Source: Thermoplasmata archaeon
GTDB lineage: Archaea > Thermoplasmatota > Thermoplasmata > GCA-020350865
Direction of reading: 5' to 3'
DNA length: 40,000 nucleotides
Assembly: GCA_020348445.1 (NCBI GenBank)
Contig: CP070751.1
Location: 2,820,209 to 2,860,208 of the forward strand
Positions 34,520-40,000 of this stretch are shown in pieces. A program made the translations under genes and the position numbers. The stretch's first letter is position 1, and each line of letters starts with the position of its first letter. The notes under the pieces were generated by a model that was not told where the DNA came from, ran no database searches, and saw nothing but the letters and a program-made list of their open reading frames with translations.

Positions 34520-36550
34520 TTATTGCGGGGTGGCCCTGTCCACGGGCCTATCCACAGGCAGATGGACATCTGGCTTGGGTTTGGGTACCAGGCTGCTCAG
34601 CTTATTGAGCAAACCGTCCTTTTCTGTTCCAACCAGGGCATGGGAAAGAACATCTTTCAGGGTCTCCACTGGCACGACCTCTACATCCTCCTTGTACTTA
34701 TCCTCTATAAGCACATCGCGCATGTTCGCCTTTGGTATCAGGACCTTTTTGATACCTGCCTTGGCTGCGGCCTCGATTTTTGCGGTAACGCCGCCCACAG
34801 GAAGCACCCTGCCTCTCACGCTTAGAGACCCTGTCATTCCCACACTCTGATCTACCTCTACATTCTCAAGGGCAGATATCACAGCCGCGGCAACTGAAAT
34901 GGATGCAGAATCCCCTTCCACACCCTCATGGGTGCCTATGAACTGAATATGGACATCGTACTTGCTGATGTCTTCACCGGTGTACTTTTTTACCAGCGCC
35001 GAGACGTTCTGAACAGCCTCCTTTGCGATATCACCAAGCTTTCCAGTGGCGATAATGGAACCACCAGAGCGGGAATGTGCAGGTGTAACCTCAGCCACTA
35101 TGGGAAGAACGATTCCAGAGTACTCCGAGATTCCAGCCTCACCGCCTCCCATTACAGCCAGGCCATTTACTACCCCCACTTCTGAACCCTCCACAACAAA
35201 GGATCTGTAATCTTGTCTTCTCTCAATATATCTGTCAGCAACCTGCTGCTCGAGGGTTCTCGCTATCTGTTTGGCCTTGATAACGTGCTTTTGGGTCACG
35301 ATCTCAGCATGCTCCTCATGGGCGATGTCTCCAGCAACACGTATCAAACCCCCCAATTCCCTCAGTCTCAGGGAGAGCTGGCCTCTTCTACCTGCCCTTC
35401 GCTGGGCCTCGTGAATGATCTCTGCAACTGCATCCATGTTGTAATGAGGTATCTTCTTGTCTTTTGATATCTCCTGGGCTACGAATCGTACCAATTTTTG
35501 CCTGTTCTCAAGTGTATCGTCCATGGTGTTTTTCATGTATATCTCGTAGCCATATCCTCGGATGCGCGATCTTAAGGCGGGGTGCATTCCCTGCACTGCA
35601 TCCAAGTTTCCTGCAGCTACCAAAATGAAATCGCAGGGCACAGGTTGACTCTTGACCATGGCACCGCTTGAGCGCTCGCTCTGACCAATTATGGGGAACT
35701 CCTTCTCCTGAAGGGCTGTAAGCAGGCTCTGCTGTGATTCCAGGCGAAGAATGTTGATCTCGTCAATAAAGAGAACACCCTTGTTGGCCTTATGTATGGC
35801 GCCAACCTCTACCCTCTCGTGCGCAGGTGTTTCCAGGCCGCCGCTTTGGAATGGATCATGCTTAACATCCCCTAAAAGCGCACCTGCATGGGCGCCTGTG
35901 GCGTCAATAAACGGGGCGCTGTCGTCCCTTGTATGTGAAAGCAGGAGCTTTGGTACAAGCAGTGTGTCCCTTCTTCTGCCTGGATAGTTGAGTACCATAA
36001 ATAGAAGAACAGCGGCAAATATCCCCAATATGAGTACCATTGGATTTATGGTGATACCACCTGTATCCGGATCGCGGTTTATGGAAAGTAACAATGCTAC
36101 ACCCACTATCATGAAGGCCAAGAACATGGTCATTGAGGCCTTCTGCTCCTTTCTTCGCATGGCCTCGGCCTTCTGGGCACCCACGATTTCCTTGCCTTTA
36201 CCCGCGGGAACCACCCTTACCTTGGGCTCATTAGGATCCTCGGGATTATGGTAGGCAATTACATCCTGCATCTCGTCTTTTGGTAAAAATTCGGTCATGG
36301 ATTTTGCCAGCATGGACTTTCCTGTACCAGGATCACCTATGAGCATCACGTGTCTTTTCTGCTCTGCCGCCTTTTTAATCACCACAACGGCATCATCTTG
36401 ACCTATGACCTGATCCACGAGTCTCTCGGGAATTTGGATGTCCTTTGTGCTTTTTATGTCCTGTGTCTTTATCCATTCGCCGACGCTCGGCAGTTCATCC
36501 TTTTTCGAGAAATCGTCCTCATTAGTTTTCAGTTTTAAGCCTATCCCCAT
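34520..36550 (-). CDS. lonB: Archaeal membrane-anchored ATP-dependent protease LonB
   Basis: Walker A GDPGTGKS, two TM helices inside the AAA+ module, Walker B LFIDE, Ser-Lys dyad GDSAS / TAK. Confidence 0.96.
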   Translation of the reverse strand: MGIGLKLKTNEDDFSKKDELPSVGEWIKTQDIKSTKDIQIPERLVDQVIGQDDAVVVIKKAAEQKRHVMLIGDPGTGKSMLAKSMTEFLPKDEMQDVIAYHNPEDPNEPKVRVVPAGKGKEIVGAQKAEAMRRKEQKASMTMFLAFMIVGVALLLSINRDPDTGGITINPMVLILGIFAAVLLFMVLNYPGRRRDTLLVPKLLLSHTRDDSAPFIDATGAHAGALLGDVKHDPFQSGGLETPAHERVEVGAIHKANKGVLFIDEINILRLESQQSLLTALQEKEFPIIGQSERSSGAMVKSQPVPCDFILVAAGNLDAVQGMHPALRSRIRGYGYEIYMKNTMDDTLENRQKLVRFVAQEISKDKKIPHYNMDAVAEIIHEAQRRAGRRGQLSLRLRELGGLIRVAGDIAHEEHAEIVTQKHVIKAKQIARTLEQQVADRYIERRQDYRSFVVEGSEVGVVNGLAVMGGGEAGISEYSGIVLPIVAEVTPAHSRSGGSIIATGKLGDIAKEAVQNVSALVKKYTGEDISKYDVHIQFIGTHEGVEGDSASISVAAAVISALENVEVDQSVGMTGSLSVRGRVLPVGGVTAKIEAAAKAGIKKVLIPKANMRDVLIEDKYKEDVEVVPVETLKDVLSHALVGTEKDGLLNKLSSLVPKPKPDVHLPVDRPVDRATPQ

Positions 36551-36717
36551 TTTATGTCACCAGACTTGACTATTGATAATATGGCAGGCGAAATACATAA
36601 ACTTTTTCATATATAAGTTTATGTGACTTAAAATATTAAATAATAAATCGGGAATAATCCTAAAATCGAAGCAGTAATCTTAAAAATAGAACATACCATA
36701 CCTCATTTGGTGGGAAA

Positions 36718-37080
36718 ATGGAATACGATTTACCTTCCCTTGCTAAATGGTTTCATGGGCATTACCAACCCTATATAGCCCTTGGTATTCGAATGGGAGA
36801 ATTGGCCATGGAACTCTTAGAAGCAAATAGACATGAGCTTCAAATCGTCTCTGAAACGGGATTCAGACCCACTTACTCCTGCATGACTGACGGATTGCAA
36901 TTGGTGACAGGATCCACCGTGGGAAACGGCAAGTTAAAGATGTTGGAAAAGGGTGCGCTAGCAGCAACATTCTCAAAGGACGATAAAAAACTTAGAATCG
37001 AGAGCAAAGATTTCAAGTTCAATATGGATTTCATAACAGAAGTGAAACCCGAAGAGCTCTTTATGTGGGAGTGGAAGTAA
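36718..37080 (+). CDS. FmdE-family protein (formylmethanofuran dehydrogenase subunit E-like)
   Basis: FHGH..P.IALGIRMG and SCMTDGLQLVTGSTVGNGKL resemble the FmdE signature. Confidence 0.8.
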   Translation: MEYDLPSLAKWFHGHYQPYIALGIRMGELAMELLEANRHELQIVSETGFRPTYSCMTDGLQLVTGSTVGNGKLKMLEKGALAATFSKDDKKLRIESKDFKFNMDFITEVKPEELFMWEWK

Positions 37081-37117
37081 AATAAAAACATTTGGCCTTT
37101 ATACGTCCCAAATAAAA

Positions 37118-38350
37118 TTATTTCTTTTTGAAAACATCATAGACGAGAAAATCCCTTGCATATCTTTTTAGGATTTTCCATTTGATATCAGAGGCTCTGC
37201 GATCGCCATTGTATAGGCTCACTGCAAGTTCCTGAAGTTTCATATCCTTGCTCGCATATTTAATAACCCGCTCGGTTCGCGCAAAGATCTTATCTGCAAA
37301 ATAGCACAAAACCTGCAAATCCTTTCCCCATTCCCGATACCAATTTTCCTGATATCTACTTAATGTCTTTTTCCCGAAATCGTCGCGCTCCACCGCCTCT
37401 TTTACAACCTCTGCCGCCATCTTACCAGAGCACATAGCGTAATAGATACCGTCACCACCTACGGGTGATACAAAACCTGCAGCGTCCCCCAAAAGCAACA
37501 TACCATCCGAATATGTGGTCTTTATAGCTCCCCTTAGAGGAATTAATGCTCCTTTGGGATTTTTTAGGTGTAAATATTCAGGAACAAGTCCCTCTTTTCT
37601 AAGCAATGCAATGTATTTTGAGAATTGATCCTTGATATTCACCTTCTTCATTTCATTCCAGAATGCCCCGTAGCCAATGTTGAGAGCGTTTTGCTTTGCA
37701 AATGTCCATGCATATCCAAAGAGGTTGTTGGGTTTTAGGTGAAAGTACGATGTTCGCTCCTTTCCGTATCTATCCTCGATAAAATCCATGGTGACTTCGT
37801 ACTCCTCCATCACCACCAGTCCTATATCGGATTTGGGCCATTTCTCGGGCTGCCCCTCCTTCTTTCTGAGATACTTTGCTACTGGGTCATGCATCCCGCC
37901 TGCACCGATAATAACCTTTCCCTGCACCTCTTTCTTGTTTTTAATTTGGAGAGCATATCCTCCGTTATTCTTAACCACTTTTTTTACCTCTGCATTTTCC
38001 CTTATTTCTGCACCTGCATCCTTTGCGAGATTCACTAGTAACTCATCAAAATGCTTCCGTTGAATGTTGTACATCACTACTTTTTTTGGGTTGTAATCAA
38101 CATGGTTTTCTGGTGACGGGGAATACATCTTGGCTCTAAAACATACATTATGGGGAATTTTTTTGATACCATTTTTTACATAGTCAAATTTCTCGATTAT
38201 GCTGGGCCGAAGAGCACCTCCGCAAGGTTTATCCCTGGGAAATGAATTCTTTTCAAGAACCACCACTTTCAATCCGGCTTCTGCCATGTACTTTGCGCAT
38301 GTTGCACCTGAAGGCCCTGCTCCGCAAATCACAGCATCGTATTTGACCAT
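37118..38350 (-). CDS. Geranylgeranyl reductase-family FAD oxidoreductase
   Basis: GAGPSG, RDKPCGG, RKHFDELL, GYAWTF, LLGDAAGFVSPVGGDGIYYAM. Start moved to ATG 38350. Confidence 0.88.
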   Translation of the reverse strand: MVKYDAVICGAGPSGATCAKYMAEAGLKVVVLEKNSFPRDKPCGGALRPSIIEKFDYVKNGIKKIPHNVCFRAKMYSPSPENHVDYNPKKVVMYNIQRKHFDELLVNLAKDAGAEIRENAEVKKVVKNNGGYALQIKNKKEVQGKVIIGAGGMHDPVAKYLRKKEGQPEKWPKSDIGLVVMEEYEVTMDFIEDRYGKERTSYFHLKPNNLFGYAWTFAKQNALNIGYGAFWNEMKKVNIKDQFSKYIALLRKEGLVPEYLHLKNPKGALIPLRGAIKTTYSDGMLLLGDAAGFVSPVGGDGIYYAMCSGKMAAEVVKEAVERDDFGKKTLSRYQENWYREWGKDLQVLCYFADKIFARTERVIKYASKDMKLQELAVSLYNGDRRASDIKWKILKRYARDFLVYDVFKKK

Positions 38351-38469
38351 CCTATCATCACAATGAAATGTGGTTGCAATATTTATCGGTTTTGTAAAAT
38401 ATTTCACCTTAAATTTCTGTTTAAAAAAAATCCTGCAAAACAGATACTTTTATTAAAGGGTATGTCTAT

Positions 38470-38571
38470 CTCGGGCGCCGAGGATATCTGATGCCCTCTG
38501 GCTATCCTTTAAGTCGAAGTAAACTCGATGACTGCTCAAATAGAGCGTTGGTGTATTCAGCTGTTTTTTTT
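38470..38571 (+). ncRNA. Candidate structured RNA or leader element (unassigned)
   Basis: Several short hairpins in a GC-richer island between a TATA-like TTTATTAA (38449-56) and a T8 run (38564-71). No family recognised. Confidence 0.25.
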
Positions 38572-38728
38572 AATGTAGAATCCAGGGATTACAACATGAG
38601 AGTGATAGACTGCGAATCTCAATGGTCGCGAGTATCACGGAGATGATATAACGGCACATAAGAGATGGGATATTGAGCGCAGCCGAGACAAATTTGCACC
38701 GCATTACCTGGAGCATGAGAAGTGGAAA

Positions 38729-39586
38729 TTGGGAGACTACGGAGCGCATCCAATAGACAAATATCTCAGACCTGGAAGAATACCCCATATATGGTGCAGC
38801 GGCTGCGGGCTTGGCATATCTATGACCTGTTTTATCAGTGCTCTGGAAGAGAGTGGTATCCCCCTAAAAAACAACTGTGTCGTATCTGGTATCGGGTGCA
38901 CTGGAAGAGTTGCGGGATATCTTGAACTGGATACTTACCACACGACACATGGGAGGCCTATTCCATTTGCTACAGGCCTTAAACTGGGTAATCCTGAGCT
39001 GGAGGTCACTGTATTCTCAGGCGATGGAGATCTATTTGCGATAGGAGGAAACCATTTTATCCATGCAGCAAGACGTAATGTGGATATCAATGTCATATGT
39101 GTCAATAACTTCAACTATGGAATGACAGGAGGACAGGTAGGGCCTACAACGCATCTTCGGGCAAGAACCACAACATCCCCTTACGGTAATTTTGAGGCAG
39201 CATTTAACCTGCCCCATGTTGCAATTGCAAGTGGTGCCGTGTATGTTGCTAGGTGGACCACGCTTCATGCAAGAAGGCTAAAGGAATCCATTAAAGAGGC
39301 ACTTATCAAAAAAGGATTCTGTTTCATTGAAATCATAGCCCCATGTCCCACTGCATATGGAAGAAGAAACAGGCTGGGAACTGGACTTGACGAGATGAAA
39401 TATTATAAGGAGCACAGTGTAATCAAACATAATGCCGATCCTTCAGAAGCGGAGCTGGTATTAGGAGGAGACATCCTAGTTGGCAAGTTCAGGGATGTGG
39501 ATAAACCCACTTTTGCGGATATGGTTAAGGAGGGTATAGAAAATGTCCTTTCTCCAAAAAGCGCAGGAGGTGGTGGTGGAAAATGA
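38729..39586 (+). CDS. korB: 2-oxoacid:ferredoxin oxidoreductase beta subunit
   Basis: WCSGCG, SGIGCTGR, HTTHGRPIPFATG, GDGD..AIGGNH, NNFNYGMTGGQ.GPT, PCPT. TTG start uncertain. Confidence 0.93.
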   Translation: MGDYGAHPIDKYLRPGRIPHIWCSGCGLGISMTCFISALEESGIPLKNNCVVSGIGCTGRVAGYLELDTYHTTHGRPIPFATGLKLGNPELEVTVFSGDGDLFAIGGNHFIHAARRNVDINVICVNNFNYGMTGGQVGPTTHLRARTTTSPYGNFEAAFNLPHVAIASGAVYVARWTTLHARRLKESIKEALIKKGFCFIEIIAPCPTAYGRRNRLGTGLDEMKYYKEHSVIKHNADPSEAELVLGGDILVGKFRDVDKPTFADMVKEGIENVLSPKSAGGGGGK

Positions 39587-40000
39587 GCCGCATGGATATC
39601 AAGTTGGGAGGCTTTGGAGGACAGGGCATAATTCTGTCTGGCTACATTCTTGGCAAGGCTGCGTCCATCTTCGATAACATGGAGGCAGTGCTTACGCAGA
39701 GCTACGGTCCAGAGGCAAGAGGCGGTGCCTGCAGCGCAGATGTCGTGATATCCAAATCCAAAATAGACTATCCTTATCTCAAGGACATAAAAATCCTTGT
39801 GGTCATGAGCCAGGAAGCTTACGGTACTTATACTAAACACCTGGGAAAGGGCGGTATGCTGCTCATAGACGAGGATCTTGTTGAGCTGGATAAGAAAAAA
39901 GTCGAAAAAAACAAGTGGAAGGTGTTTAAGATTCCTGCCACAAGATTGGCAGAGGAGCTGGGCAGGAAAATCGTGGCAAATATTGTGATGCTGGGATTCT
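39583..40000 (+). CDS. korC: 2-oxoacid:ferredoxin oxidoreductase gamma subunit (partial, runs off window)
   Basis: MSRMDIKLGGFGGQGIILSG..QSYGPEARGGACSADVVIS. ATGA overlap with the korB stop. Not in the ORF track. Confidence 0.92.
   Translation, partial: MSRMDIKLGGFGGQGIILSGYILGKAASIFDNMEAVLTQSYGPEARGGACSADVVISKSKIDYPYLKDIKILVVMSQEAYGTYTKHLGKGGMLLIDEDLVELDKKKVEKNKWKVFKIPATRLAEELGRKIVANIVMLGF

Noticed and set aside
34439-36538. Series of plus-strand ORFs over lonB
   Set aside because: Antisense shadows of a highly conserved gene.
38470-38571. Assignment as TPP or fluoride riboswitch, or hammerhead ribozyme
   Set aside because: No CUGAGA (TPP), no GGNGAUG P1 or P3 arrangement (fluoride), and CUGAUGC instead of CUGAnGA with no GAAA core (hammerhead).
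38603-38608. Pyl/Sec read-through extending korB upstream
   Set aside because: Two consecutive in-frame stops (TGA then TAG) and no upstream start or supporting element.
1-40000. CRISPR array, tRNA, rRNA, integrase or transposase
   Set aside because: I found no regularly spaced repeats, no cloverleaf with a T-loop, no rRNA-like sequence and no recombinase or DDE motifs in any ORF.

Overview
Archaeal DNA, probably Thermoplasmatota. This is inferred from an archaeal-type ThrRS with N-terminal editing domain, RpoL, membrane-bound LonB, a PAC2 chaperone, an archaeosortase and GGTGA/GGAGG ribosome-binding sites. Bases 1-9300 look accessory: the 3' end of a large exoprotein, a cupin, two unrelated EEP-family nucleases/phosphatases, a PLP dehydratase, a zinc-finger protein, a secreted beta-propeller protein and small ORFs. 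One EEP gene is fused to DUF4332 and bracketed by a 114-bp duplication of the dehydratase 3' end. The middle is a cell-surface block: NDP-sugar epimerase, archaeosortase, a ~2580-aa protein of ~21 Ig-like repeats ending in TM helix plus zinc ribbon, a divergent RHH-like gene and a 1878-aa vWA/lamin-tail exoprotein. The right third is housekeeping (thrS, rpoL, pncC/cinA, nadM, lonB, FmdE-like, GGR, korB, partial korC). Best leads: (1) archaeosortase beside the giant protein with a non-canonical C-terminus; (2) a histone-H1-like tail on RpoL; (3) the apparently excisable 1.9-kb EEP-DUF4332 cassette; (4) a conserved C-terminal module shared by anchorless exoproteins; (5) an anticodon-like hairpin over the thrS RBS. 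No rRNA, tRNA, CRISPR array, integrase or transposase was recognised. Family assignments come from motif recognition by eye, not database searches.
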